Origin: Ramazzottius varieornatus
Taxonomy: Eukaryota > Animalia > Tardigrada
NCBI GenBank assembly: GCA_001949185.1
Contig: BDGG01000007.1
Span: 507,401-571,400, forward strand
Reading direction: 5' to 3'
DNA: 64,000 nucleotides
Shown here: piece by piece, positions 1-12,461 of the stretch
Numbering within the stretch: position 1 is the stretch's first letter
Layout: each line of letters starts with the position of its first letter
Position numbers and translations under genes: made by a program
Notes under the pieces: generated by a model
Database searches by the model: none
Seen by the model: the letters and a program-made list of their open reading frames with translations, nothing else
Told to the model about the DNA's origin: nothing

Positions 1-1339
1 TCGCGCTTGACTCCACTGGTGCCGCCTGCACCGTTCTGGCCGTTTTCTGCAGGCTCAGTCTTGATTTCTTCCTTAAGTGCTACAGCGACCTCTTCCGGTA
101 CTTGAGCCAGAATGTCGTCCACTTCCTGCATACCCACCAGTTCCGCCGGCTTCTTCCACACCGACGCCTTGGTCGAAGGATTGTGGAAGAATGACTTCTT
201 ATCGCTCGTCCACACAACACACCTGCAAAAGAAGCCATAAGCTGACAAGTTCCCAAACTTGAAAACAACAAACAAAAAAATCGGTTTTATTCTGTATTCG
301 TTTCTTCCCGTTAATGCCAGCTTACCAAGGTGTTCCGGGAATCTGCTTGGTAGCGACTGGTTTCGTCGCAGCGTCCTTCTTAGCCTCACCTGCTTTCGAG
401 TCCGTTTTCGCTGACGCGTTTGCTTCGAGTTTCTTCCTCTCTACAGAACGAAAACAATTGTCTTCTTCGTCGACTTCCCCCTAGAGAAAGCGTACAAAAT
501 CCAAGGACTTACGTTCGTACTCGGCAACTTCCGGTGGTTTCTCAAAGACTGTCTTGCCCAATTTGCTGTTGTACCAGGAGCTGGCACCCGATCCATTCGG
601 GTATTCCGTCCAGTCTGCGGGCTATATTATCCAAAACCATCCTTACTGCCATGAAGGAAACTAACCTGAACAGAAACACTTACGTCACTTCGCGCAACAA
701 TCGGAGGCATCATACCAGGCGGTGGCATGAACGGCGAAAAGGGAGGAAAGCCCATACCTGGTGGCACACCTGTAACAAGAACACAATGTTAGAACATCCC
801 AGTCAAGGCCGTTCCGAGATGGGTCTCAGTTACCAAACATGGCTGGGGGCATCATGCCTGGCATGGGCATCCCGTGTGGGCCCTGCATGGGCATCATACC
901 CGGCATTGGCATTTGCATAGGCATGGGCATCGGTTGTTGTTGCTGCATGGGCACTGGGTGAGGCTGCTGCGACATAGACAGTGTTGGTACAGCGCCTTGA
1001 TTGATTGAAGAAGGAGCTCCAAGCTGATACTGACTCGCTGCCTGCGCTTGACCCATCGCGTTCTGCGCTGCCCCGGCTTGTCCCCCTGCGTCTCCTCCAG
1101 CAGTAACAGTTGCTCCTGGAGGCTTCATGAGCTGCGCTCCGGGTGGCAGCGTCCAAGCAGTCGCCCGCGTAACGGCGTGGTAGTAATACACCTAGAAACA
1201 TGAGCCCGGTCAATACTTGACAAGATCAGAGACGAACACGAAATACCTTTCCGTCCGGTGCTTTTGCTTCCATCCATACTTCTGGCTGAGCTGCAGGAAT
1301 CACTTGTGGTGGTGGAACGGCTGTAAACGGCGCAGCCAT
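1..1339 (-). CDS. TCERG1: Transcription elongation regulator 1 (CA150), N-terminal part; multi-exon, runs off the window start
   Basis: The spliced translation starts MAAPFTAVPPPQVIPAAQPEVWMEAKAPDGK|VYYYHAVTRATAWTLP (WW1), followed by a Pro/Met/Gln-rich linker. WW2 reads DWTEYPNGSGASSWYNSKLGKTVFEKPP (~515-595). WW3 reads KPVATKQIPGTPW|CVVWTSDKKSFFHNPSTKASVWKKP, typical of TCERG1. Upstream exons at ~1435-1500 and ~1762-1950 look like 5' UTR. Confidence 0.9.
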
Positions 1340-2622
1340 AGCCACTGCTCAGGAAGACTACTGCGAGAGCAATATAGTCAATCAAACCATATCAATCAAC
1401 TAGGACAACTGAAAGCCGTTAAAATGGATGTTACCTGTCTTTCTTCCGCTCAAGTCGAACTTCACTAGATCCAACCTAACCAAGAGGCGTCAAGATATCC
1501 CTGCAATAGTGGAAGCAGTGGTAAGATAAGGACTGGAACTACTAGATAAAAGAACGACTGGATTATCCCTAGGGCCAGAAGACTTACGGTGACACCTTGC
1601 AAAGAAAATTAATCGGTAATCAACGAGTTTAGAAATAGACTCATACTGTTCTGCCAGCACACTGTATCCTGTATATTTCTCGCCAGTGCGAATACTGCGG
1701 TTGAAGAATCAGAAGCAAAATGAAACGGACAACACTGAAAGGAGGCGATGTTCAGACATACCTGAGTGCCAAGTGTGAGGCGTCCGCAGACTCCGCACTA
1801 CAACGTCCTGAAAGCTCTTCAAGTCCTCCTGATCCGTAGCCACTCCCGGAGCTCTGCAGATCTTTGAAGGATCGTTGCGAATATCCTCGTGTAAACGTGA
1901 GAGAAACGTTTGGATCCGGTCGACGAAGAAAACTGGAATGCGAGAAGTCGACGACGGAAAATTTTAATACAGTATGTGTAGAATGTGTAGTCGATTTTGA
2001 TTGAAAAATGAACCGAGTACTATGGGCCATATTATCGGGCCAAGGGTCTTGTTACCTAGGGTTGCGTTTCGTTCCCCTGGGGAACTTCTAATCTACATTA
2101 CCTGACTTACAACATACCTTACCAGTCATGTAACTGATGTGAGCATGTCAAGTCAGCAAACCTGCGTGCGTCAGTACTGTGCCGAACGACAAGGACTGTA
2201 AAGCGTAATTCGCGCAGTATCGCTCCAACATGACTTGTTTCGATGTTGCAATTAAGATTAATCGGAACACTTCGGGCGGCAGCAATTCCAATTGTCATAC
2301 TGGAATCCGAAACGGTCGTTTTTGGCCATTTCAATTATCAGTTGTAATGATTGGAGCAATGATTGTAATGATCAGACTTTGGCAAAATCGCTTAACATAA
2401 TTTTATATCACAAGTTTGTCACGAACAAAAACTACAGTATTCTGGACAAGAAAAAGGTACAGCAACGCAAAGAAAACAGGTTGGATCTACAGTACTGTGA
2501 TTTAATGTTAATCGAGCACGGGAGTATCTACTGAAGTCACTGGAATGTTTAAATCTATGTGGATTAGACAAAACAGGAAATATACACATTCCAAACTAGA
2601 ACATGCTGAACACCAGCCGCTC

Positions 2623-4568
2623 TCAAGTAGACGACGACTTTTGCACCTCGCTGACAACATCCGCGTTGATGGGGTAAAACACGTACGGGTAGTAGTCTGA
2701 ACTGGTCGGCATACCACCCATTGCTGCCATATCCATCGCCTAAAAAACGACCCAGCAATGAGAACGGCAATCAAGAGGCAAAACACCATGAAACCTTACG
2801 TCGCTTTGTTTGTCGGACATGAGTCCGCCAGTGTCTAAATGGGCGTACTGCTTCTGCAGATCGTCCCGTAGCTTCTTGATGGACTTCTTGTTGGGCTGAA
2901 TCAGCACGGTCTGGAAATTGACCGGGAGACCGTACCTGAGCAAAACACGAAGGTTAGGTCAAAGGAAAAGCAAAGGGACAATCGAACAAAATTTGGGGAA
3001 ATTCACTCACCGTAAGACAGACTCAACGAAGACGCGCAGTGCTTTGACATGGATCCAAGCTGTAAACGCTTCGCTGAAATTTACTTTCAGCCACCGAACG
3101 AGCGGACCCTGAAACATTAACAGGAGGTTAGTCGACAAAATCGGTGGGCCGGAAGACTGTCCTGGTGAGAAATCTAACGTATTGCTTTTTCTTGTCAGCT
3201 GCCAATTTGTCCATTTCAACTTTGCCCGCTTCGAGCTCTTTCTCGTTATAAGTGAAATCTCTAACGACGAATCTGCAATCAAAGCGTGATTGTAGTCAGA
3301 CACTAAGAACAAGAAAGCGGTACACTATGTGTAGAGATCTTACTTATTTTCACGGGCTTTCATTTTGAATTCCTCAGCGACCTTCAGGAAGAGAGTGACG
3401 GTGAAGAGCAAATTTTCGCTGTCTTCGAATACCTTCCTGCGGAAGTTCAATATTGCTTCAATAATGTAAAAATTTCTCTCATAAAACGAAAGGACTCACT
3501 TTGTCGATCGCGGAACGATCATGTCCGTCAGCTTTTCGTATTTGGCCATCCAGTCTTTTTCTTGCGCTCTAAAATGGAAAATTAACTGTGAAATCTGCAC
3601 CGGAAAGAAAACAAAATATTATCGTTCTCACTTCGGCACGACAACGCAAAGCGTAGTCAGATATTCGCTGTCCAATACAAAGTCCTCTTTCTTCACGATA
3701 TCACCGAGATTTCGCGTCAGCAAACTTCCACTGCAAAAAACAAGTCTAGACTAATTTCGGATCGTAGGATTCGTATTCGCATTCGGTTATCCTTTGATAA
3801 AACCTTACGCTGCTTTCCTCTCCAGACCAGCCAATGATCCTTTCAGCTGATTATATCCGCTGGATTTCGATTTCAGGTCTGCCTCAATTTGTGATACTTG
3901 CTAGAACCAACGAGCAGAAAATAATCGTACCGTAAGACGAACGACCGGAAGTGACAGCTTCATACCTTGGAAATTATGTCTGCCTGACCTCGAAGCGACT
4001 GTTTGACTGGATACTTGGCCATATCCCACTGAAACCTTGTCAGATATGTATTTATGTCGGCTGCAAGCAAGAAAAATATTCGGCAATCATCCGAAAATAA
4101 CTCAGCAAAAACGGACTAATAAATGACAAAATGAACATTCGTACTTCCATTTGCCTGCAAGTTTTCCGCCAGCTTTTCCTTCTTGTCTTCTAACACATCG
4201 CCCAAATATGCTGCCAGTTTCCTCACCACCCTACAAAGAAAATATCCTCGGTATCCAATGTTTCTACTATTTCGTTCAGTGTTTCTTTATTGGCATTAAT
4301 GGAAGATAAACGCACCCTTCGGTCGAAGTATCAAGCTTCGTCAAATCATCCGACAGCGACACAAGCTGATCCAGCGTTCCAACCTGGAATTACCTTTCCG
4401 TAGAACATATGCCCGACTGAAGAGCGAAAGTAGCCATACCTTCAGATCGGGAACATGGAATTTGCTGATGGTGCCCAAGGCTCCCTTGGTGGTGATGTTA
4501 GTCAGGTTGTCAAAGGCCTGCTGCGTTGTGGGCTCGCCTGGTACCGATATCAGCCAGTACTCCGACAT
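2623..4568 (-). CDS. ATP6V1C1: V-type proton ATPase subunit C (about 12 exons)
   Basis: N-terminus [19 protein letters not shown]...SKFHVPDLK|VGTLDQL. Internal [33 protein letters not shown]|YGLPVNFQ. C-terminus [24 protein letters not shown] with the stop at 2623-2625. Confidence 0.96.
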
Positions 4569-5295
4569 CTTCTGGACAGTGAGGGATGATTGCTATGCTT
4601 ATCCGTCAACACAGCAGGAACGAATGCGTCTTCCTCGCCAGCAGAACGTCTTCGTCGATGGTCACGTGGAAAATCCGGACGCAACGCCTTATGCTCCTTC
4701 CAGCGAGCAAATCGACAGTATTTTCCTCACATGTCCGCTGACATTCCTTTAGAGCAGAGTACTCTATGAAAGGCTCTGTGTTCTGACAGGGGAAGAAGTC
4801 ATTTGGCAGGAGGAATCAGAAGGAATTTCTGCGAAGAAAAGTTAGAAGTTTGATTAACTGAATTGAAATTGAGAATTTGACACACCTTCTGCCAGTATCT
4901 CCATTTGTCTGGGTCCAAACCTCCGGGAAGCTTATGGACTATTGGTATTAGACGGATTCTTTGGACCGGGTCGAAAACTTACGCCCAAGCGCGTGCTTAG
5001 CAAGTACAGAGGGTACTCACTCGTTTCCTTAATGAAGAATCCACTCAGCTACCCTGTATACTTCGTTACATGTTCGACAAAAATCGGCACTTTTCGGAAC
5101 GATCTCCTCATGAATCCCTTCCGGTCGGGAAACTTTTATGAATTCTACGTTTGCTCATCCCTCAGCCTGCACATCTTCACGAGCAAAGACGCACAGCGTA
5201 AGGATCGCGAAGCACACCTCGTTTGCGAACTCGAAAGAGCAACGTCACGGTAATCGATAAAACATCAAACTGAAAGTAGACTGAACCAGTAAAGT

Positions 5296-6288
5296 TCATT
5301 CTTCTTTGATAGCTTCCGTGGTTTCTTTTGCCTGAGTCGCTTCGACTGGTTCCTCCACTGGTGCATCCCTGCTTTCCTCCTTGGCAGATTCAGCTTTTAC
5401 CTTCTGTCGGACGTAGTCCCGTTTGGCTTCGGCCAGAAGGATATTCACTAGCGAGCCTTTCCTGTCGAGGGGTCGGGGCTCCACCGGTGGGAAAGGATTG
5501 CCTTTCAGCTCCAGAAGTACTCGTTTGATTTCCCTGTTCTGCGTAGGAATGAAATGTATCTTTGTGTAAGGTGGCTCGAAGCGAGCGAAGCGGGGTACGA
5601 AGAGCTTGAAGGTCTTGTGAACGAGATCCTTTTCTATCATGTAAAAGTCGACCGTCTCCATCGTCGGTTTGTGCCGCGGTCCATACTTTATGGCTTCTTG
5701 CAAGAGAAGTTCCGTATACTGCTGTATTTCCAAGCCGTACTTGTCATGACATTCTATCCTTTCATAGCGAAATAAGCCTGAAAAAGAAACTGGTTAAAGG
5801 TTCGAGGGAACAGCTACTCGCTCTCGGACCGAGAAATCAGCACCTAGAAAACAGACTCTCGCAGTCCTGCATACAAGCACCTGCGCCTTTCTGGCCGTGG
5901 TATGTATGCAGGTACGTGGAAAGTCTGGAACCATCCAATCATCCTGAAACTCGATCAAACAACGTAGGACGTCACACGTCAGTGCGGATAAACCGCCGTG
6001 ACCATCGTTAGTCATGTGTCACTTTGTCGGGTACGAGTAAATCATGACAAGAGAATGCGGCCTCACTCTGAAGGCCCCCTTCGTGCCCGGTTTAATCTGA
6101 ACAGCCTTGGGAGGATTGAAGATCCAGAGCAGCATCCCTAAGCGTAGTTGTACTAGGATTAACAGACCTGTCATCATCTGGCGGATCTTCTCCAAGCGCA
6201 TGGCGTAGGTCGGCACAGTGCCCCATGTCGCCTTGATGTGCTTCCATGCCTTCGGCGGGACAAGTGTCCGGATCTTGTCGTAAGACAT
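5296..6288 (-). CDS. MRPL17: Mitochondrial ribosomal protein L17 (2 exons, intron ~5779-6167)
   Basis: RLEKIRQMMT|GLFRYERIE...QYTELLLQEAIKYG...DFYMIEKDLVHKTFKLFVPRF...LLELKGNPFPP matches bL17m motifs. Confidence 0.9.
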
Positions 6289-6641
6289 CGTCTACTTCGC
6301 AGTATACTATATTCGACCGTGCAGATAACACAGTCGCAGACTCGTCAAATCGAGCAGTGAGAAACCTCAATACTGCAATACAGGAAAAGATCGGAAAGTG
6401 ATCCGAAAATCAACTTCGGTTGATTGGTTCGAAGAGGATAGCCAATCAAGCAACTGAACCGGGCTCCCAATCAATCGTTGCGAACAGCTGTTGTCGAAAT
6501 CAAAACATCAGAAAATTTCTTCCAGAAAAATTTCGTTATTTCTTCGCGGTACGGTACAGGGAAGTTCGTAGCCATACTTGTGGTCTGTGCTTACTGTGTC
6601 TATTGCAGGTCATTGAAGGAGTGCCGAATCCGTCAGAAGCC

Positions 6642-9600
6642 ATGCGACGAGTTCTGCATACAGTACACGGTTGCTTTTCCGGTAGTCGCCTCACTTCCGG
6701 TGGAATCACTTCGTACCCAAGATTTCATCGGCTGGGTTTCATTCCTTTGACTCCTGATGCGCTGCGGACACTGACAACTGCCCCTCTCTTCCGAAAGCTA
6801 GCGTCGCGTCAGGAAGGGAACGGTCATGACAGGATCGCTGAGAAAGAGCCGCCCGCTGAAGACGTAGGTGACACATTTGGAACACTTCGCACCAAGTCAA
6901 AAACATCTCTCGTGGAGCCAGACCGTCCGCCTTCGTCCAACCGTACCCGAAGACGGCCCAAAAATGCACTAGATGGCCTAGAAAGAGGTACGAAAAAGAG
7001 GGCTGAAGAAGAGCCAACGCAGAATGTGTTGACGGAAGCTGACATGTTCGGCTCTATCGATAATCCCGATCTTCCTCGTGTCCTTCAGCAAGAGGCAGCC
7101 GAAGAAATCACGGATGCCGCGGAGTTCGGTGACAAACCAGAAAGGGTCTATACGGGGAGACCACAGGCGGAATGGTGGTATGTCCTCCGGATGAAGAAGC
7201 TCATCGATAAACAGCACGTAAGTGTATCCATTCGTCCAGTCACTTGGCGCATCTGTCAAGAATATCCAGAGGGGGAAGTGCGCCACTGCAGCGAGCGGAG
7301 CGTGCTTGACTAAGTGGCACACCTAAGTGGCTGCCCTTAACGGTAAGGTGCGCCATCGATCGGATTTGAGCTTCGGTTGACGAAGTGGCGCACATTTACT
7401 GTAGATCGTGGCAGTTGGTGTGTCACTTCAAGCATTTATTCATATGATGTTTGTTTTAGCTTCCGACTGCCTTGGAATTCCTAGAGGTTCGGATGCTTCA
7501 GGAAGATCGTGTTCGACCACACAGAAGCGTGTATGACATGCTGATTGCGGCCTGTGGTCGAGCAGGTTATGCCGACAAAGCTTTCCAGCTTTACACAGAC
7601 GTAAATATTTCTCACCGCTTTAACCCAACATTCATCTGGTCGAAAGAGACCCCCCTTTTATCGCCATTTTCAGATGAAAAAAAGAGCGTTTCATCCAGTC
7701 GATGCGACCTACGTCGGACTGTTCAACGCCTGTGCCGAATCGCCATTCGCGAGAGACGGTCTTCGGCGAGCCAAGCGTTTGCGGGAAGAACTACACTTCA
7801 AGGGACATATTCCGAATGACGCCGTCTACCACACCATGATCAAAGGTATATTACCGAACCATCCGCTTCAAACGTCCAACATGCCAGCTCTGTTCTCGCG
7901 TAGTTGTTTGTTTCACCAGCTTTTGGAAAGCGAGGGGACTTGGCGACTGCGTTCCAGTTAGCGGACGAAATGCAGGCGAATAACGTTTTCCTGAATGATG
8001 CCACTTTCTGTCATCTTCTGATCGCTTGTATTGGCGACAAGGAGAGCGGTCTCAAGCACGCTGTTGAGGTGAATGTCGTTCAATTGAGGTTCCGAGAACT
8101 ATTTTTCTAAGCGTTTTTCAAAGTGTTGAGTTCGACGTTTTCGAAAATATTCGTGGAAATATTTTTAGAATTTTGAGTTGCAGGTTTGGAGGTTGATGTT
8201 GAAGAATAATTTCGCACCGAACCTGAACCATTACAGCCTCCTGCTCAAGTGTATTCGAGAGTGTGGGGTAGGTGAGATTGAGTTCGCCAACGAGCTCTTT
8301 GCGCCTCCCGGTGAAACCTTACAGCTTCGGGGCGACGTTCCCGTGATGGAACAGTGCCTGTTTGAAGCCGAGAACCGGACGAAGCGGTCGGAAGACGTCA
8401 TTCTCTCACCACCTCCTAACCCGCGCCAGTCTGTGACTAATCAAACCATGACATACCTGCATCACCCGGAAGGCAGCTGGTCGAAGAAGTTTGAGGAGGA
8501 AACGCGGGACAGACGAGAACCAAGGAAGGAAGACAGGGTAACTCGTCCAAAACTCATAGACCAAAATAAACTAGAAATTATCGAATGTAAAAAATGGGAG
8601 TTTGTGGGAGGTCGACGAACGAACTCGACCAAATCGTTTCCCAAATGGTGAAATTTTATCTGATAATGGCGAAAGCCTGCGTCACTTGAAGAAACGATCT
8701 CCTCAAGCTTTGGTGTCAAAGTGGCGCACGTGTTCGGTGTTATTGCCCGGAAGCATGCGCCACTTGGGAAAATAGTCTGGTCGAACGTGTTTGCCGAGCT
8801 CCAGTTGACTTTTCTTTTGGTTGTTAGGTGGCCAGGCCGCTGTCACATCAGCTTTGGTACGAAGAGCACAAAGATCCAAGAATGTTGAGGAAAAAGGGGA
8901 GGGAAAGCTGGTGGGATGTCGAGCCGGAAGAAAGTTTCCTCGTACCTGTTTCGAGCGGTGTCGTCAAGACGGAAAAGCCGGTAGACAACGGAGTGGCCAG
9001 GATCCCCGACATCCTGGCACCGGTGCAACCAGGACAGTATGAAGATGGGGCAATCAGGCTTGGGGATGTCAGTAGACCGTATCAGCGGTTTGCTCTTTTC
9101 GGCGGCTACGTTGGTAAGATTCAGCAAACTGTGAATGGAGACGTGGGGAAATGAGCTGAACCAGATGCCAAGTGGCGCATGTTTTCCCTCTTATTGGCTG
9201 AAAGTGTGCGCCACTGTGAAAGCATTCTGATTCAAATCTGATACGTTTTAGCTACCGATAGCTGAACTGATCGGACATTTTGCTTACAGGTTTCCTGGCG
9301 AGAATGTTTAAAGATAAAGTACAGCCGGATGAGAAGTGCTTAACGCAGTTGATTGAGTTATTGCCACCAAATAAGTTCGCTGAGCGGGAACTGATTAGGG
9401 TGGCGAGAAAGCTGTGGATTAAACTGCACGTCGACTTTTGGAATACGCTGATTAAGAAAAGGACCAGCAGGGGAGACATTCAGGGGGCGCTCGTAAGGGT
9501 GCTGATTAAGCATTTTTCGTACTGGGAAATTTCATGCGGCATTTTTACTTGCAGGAAATACTGCATTTGTTAGATCAAAAGGGCGTGAAAGCTACAGAAA

Positions 9601-10724
9601 TGACCTTCGGCTGTCTGGCCATCGGTGTTCATACTGCAGGCGAAGCAAAAGATCTGATGGCAGAAATGGAGGTAAGACGTTGGCAGCCCGTGCGTTTACC
9701 GATTCACATATGGGTGCTAGACCAAACGCGCGTCAGGGCCTCAAAGTCTGACGGACCAGGCTATGTGCCAGGGAAAAAAATTTCATGGACTAGCTTGGGG
9801 GCCCCCTCTAAAACCAAGGGTTCCCCCAAGCTGGGCCCCTGTGTTAAGTTGTCCCCAAATCTCGTGGACCGAGATCCGCTTTCACCATTGCGGGCCGGAA
9901 AATCTCATGGACCGCAGGTCCGCAAGGAGACTGGCTGACGCGCGCTTGTCCTAGACAATCCAGCTCGACAAGATCATTTTTCCAGGGGGCGCATACTATC
10001 GAACAATAACATTGAAAACTGCGCCACTTGGGGGAAATAATCTTGTGAAGTCTATCTACCGAGCTCTGAAACGGTGGTGAAAATTTGGCCATTCTACCGA
10101 AAATAGTCTTAATTATAAAGTCAGAAATATGTTTTTACTATGTATGAGTGAAGAATAAAGGGTGCTGCAAAGAGCAGACGACGACTTTGTATTGGTACCA
10201 TGGCGAATATTGAAGCGATGTCTTCTTTCTAGAAGCGAGAAATACAGCCGAACATTCGGATATTCGGAGCTCTGGCAAAGAAAGCTTCAGAGTTCAAAGC
10301 CGATCCATTCTTTTTCCTCTACATCATTACCCAGATGTCGAAACGCAACGTTCTCCCAGATGAGAGGCTTCTTCGGCAGATTGAACAATTCCGGACGGAA
10401 ACTCGTATCCACATTTTGAAAAGCGTAAGTCTGTTAGAGACAGAATTCGAATGTCTGTTCCCACGAAAAACAACACGGCTGCGAAAACTTTTGTTGCTCT
10501 TGCAGGAAAGGAGGCAGAGTGTGGAACCGCTGTACAGCGACCCGGAATTTCTTCGCGCGTATAAGACATTTGAAATCATCTACGATAGCTGGGCTCGACA
10601 TACTCCCATGCACCAGGAAGAACATCCTTGGGAAGTGTACGGATTTGGCAAAACTAAGAAGAAACCTATCGAGGAGGTGTTGGATGATGAAGAGGACACT
10701 TCAGTGATTAAGACTGCGAGATAA
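6642..10724 (+). CDS. PTCD1: Pentatricopeptide repeat-containing protein 1, mitochondrial (about 10 exons)
   Basis: The N-terminus is Arg-rich and presequence-like and includes the motif DTFGTL. PPR repeats include VYDMLIAACGRAGYADKAFQLYTD|MKKRAFHPVDATYVGLFNACAESP, VYHTMIK|AFGKRGDLATAFQLADEM and FCHLLIACIGDKESGLKHA. Later RFALFGG and a C-terminal EEHPWE, as in PTCD1. Confidence 0.92.
7245..7425 (+). repeat. Three tandem ~70-bp units, each carrying TGGCGCA-N26/27-TGCGCCA, in PTCD1 intron 1
   Basis: Left half-sites start at 7245, 7315 and 7386. Right half-sites start at 7279, 7349 and 7419. Confidence 0.75.
8645..8762 (+). repeat. Two copies of the TGGCGCA-N27-TGCGCCA element in a PTCD1 intron
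   Basis: 8722-8762 has perfect arms and a 27-nt spacer. 8645-8684 is degenerate with a 26-nt spacer. Confidence 0.7.
9173..9213 (+). repeat. TGGCGCA-N27-TGCGCCA element in a PTCD1 intron
   Basis: agTGGCGCAtgttttccctcttattggctgaaagtgTGCGCCAct. Confidence 0.8.
9717..9954. mobile_element. MITE-like inverted-repeat element in a PTCD1 intron
   Basis: The termini ctagaccaaacgcgcgtcag and ctgacgcgcgcttgtcctag are inverted complements. GC-rich internal palindromes lie at ~9790-9840. Confidence 0.6.
9987..10026 (+). repeat. (T/G)GGCGCA-N26-TGCGCCA element in a PTCD1 intron
   Basis: gGGCGCAtactatcgaacaataacattgaaaacTGCGCCActt. Confidence 0.7.
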
Positions 10725-10766
10725 CTTCTTCTGTGTTGCTGTGATTTTTGTTTCATGTTTTATCGT

Positions 10767-12461
10767 TTAAGAAGTTTCTTGTCTCATTACAAGTTTACCT
10801 GTCGAGCATCGACTCTGTCTGACGTGCACTAAATCTGTAGCCAGCACTGCGCGGGTTAACATGGTCTGAAACAAGGAATTGTGTACTGGTACGTTACGAG
10901 AGAAGTCAGCTACCGTAACTGGAGAAGATTTTGATGACCTCAGATTAACATTAACTTCAGTTGAAGTTACGGACTTGTCACTTGACTGCACCTGGTCTGG
11001 TCGTAAATTTTCGATCAGCAGAAACGGGCGCAGTTGTTCAGTCCTAAACTTATGTTTTCCATCTACAGCCGTCGACGTTAGTTTTCGTTGCGGGTCTGTC
11101 GCCCGGAGAATAAAGAACTGTTCGAGGAGTGTTCTGGTGTAGGCTTCTGGTTAAGAAATACTTACGGCAAACAAGATTTTAATAACTGGCTACTCCCCAT
11201 CAGTAAGCTGACTTGAAAGACTTCAAGGTGGGGCCAAGAACAGTTGCTGCCCGTAGTATTGCATAAGGCCCACGGAGCGGCTGCTTTCCAGACCCCGGGC
11301 AAAATAGCATTAGCCTAAGAACCAACTAGCGCCGATTGTATAATGGTTTTGTGCCTCTGGTTTATTCCTTTTTCAGATCTGATTAATCTAACTTGAGTTT
11401 GTAAATTTCGAAATGCTTAACCAGGTCGGGATCCTGCTGCTTTTCTGCTTGGCTGGCTCTCATCCACGCTGACGTTCGTATGTCTTCCTGTTCAGAGTTC
11501 CTAGTGAAAGTGTTCGTTATACACTAAATTCTTTCACTTTACAGATCAGCCAGCCCTTCCGGTAACCCAGACCGCAAAACCAGGGACTCCACCAGCTGAT
11601 AGGCCAGGGTAAGGAAGGCACAAATGCTGTATACTTGAATAGTAACTTGATACCTCCGGGGACAATGCTACAACTCGAGAGGTGGTGATGGATGCGCCGG
11701 CGGCAAATCTCACCGCCAAGAATGCCGAGAGAAACACTAGACGACATTTTGGGAAAAATATTTGTGCATCAACGGCAAATGTAGTTGCACCGGAGGATAT
11801 GTTCTTGGCCTGGGCTCGTCAAAGTCTGCCGGAGAGCAGTGATTGGAGAGCTCTCTCTAACCGTGGGTAACTAGACATCGAAACGACAATTTCCCACTCT
11901 GCTGTTTTCGCTACTCATTCAAGCGTAACAAAAACGGTCACAAGCTACAACCGGCTCGCAGTAACATTCGTTGTGTTCACTAAGTTAGACGGTTTACGGA
12001 GTACAAGCTATTAATATCTCTTAACTTATGCAAACGTGTAACATAGCTGTAGAACAGTCTGCTGATTGGTGTGATTAACCTAAAGAAATGATTAGTTCAG
12101 AACAGGTTGTTTAGATTAACATTTGCCTCGGGACTTCAGTTGATCAAGGACGATTCCGAATGCCTCGCTGTCTGCTGACCGTCTGGAACTGTGGCAGCTC
12201 GAAGTCATTTTCGGTGTTCCAGTTAAAACCAAATCGTTCCAGTCCAACAACAGTTCCGGAAGGATCCGCCACATCTTCAGAGCTCCAGGTTTCCATGTCC
12301 GAGCTTGTCTTCATCTCCCGGTCGAACTCTCTACCAACTTCGTCATCTGCAGATACTACGGACTTGAAGGTAATACTACGGAGCTGAAGGTTGTCGTACC
12401 TGGCAAGTGAAGAACCAATATCGCACACGGCGAAACAAACAATATAAATTATAGCGGCCAT
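10767..12461 (-). other. Possible uncharacterised secreted-protein gene or gene relic
   Basis: ORF 12461-12144 starts with a signal-peptide-like stretch (MAAIIYIVCFAVCDIGSSLA). A ~125-codon open frame at ~11146-10767 follows an AG acceptor. I could not assemble a clean model or recognise a homologue. Confidence 0.25.

Noticed and set aside
420-920. 166-aa plus-strand ORF and similar overlapping ORFs across the window (e.g. 14116-14609, 26292-26858, 59737-60189)
   Set aside because: These are antisense or off-frame shadows of real exons with no independent homology.
1752-2030. 92-aa minus-strand ORF upstream of TCERG1
   Set aside because: It ends at a splice donor leading to an exon with stops, so it is best read as 5' UTR, at most a uORF.
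5867-5913. 10-bp stem hairpin in the MRPL17 intron as a snoRNA or miRNA
   Set aside because: No convincing C/D or H/ACA boxes, and the stem is too short to call.
7245-7425. CRISPR-like repeat/spacer appearance of the 70-bp tandem units
   Set aside because: The context is a eukaryotic intron with no cas genes, the repeats are short and degenerate, and the spacers are partly homologous to each other.
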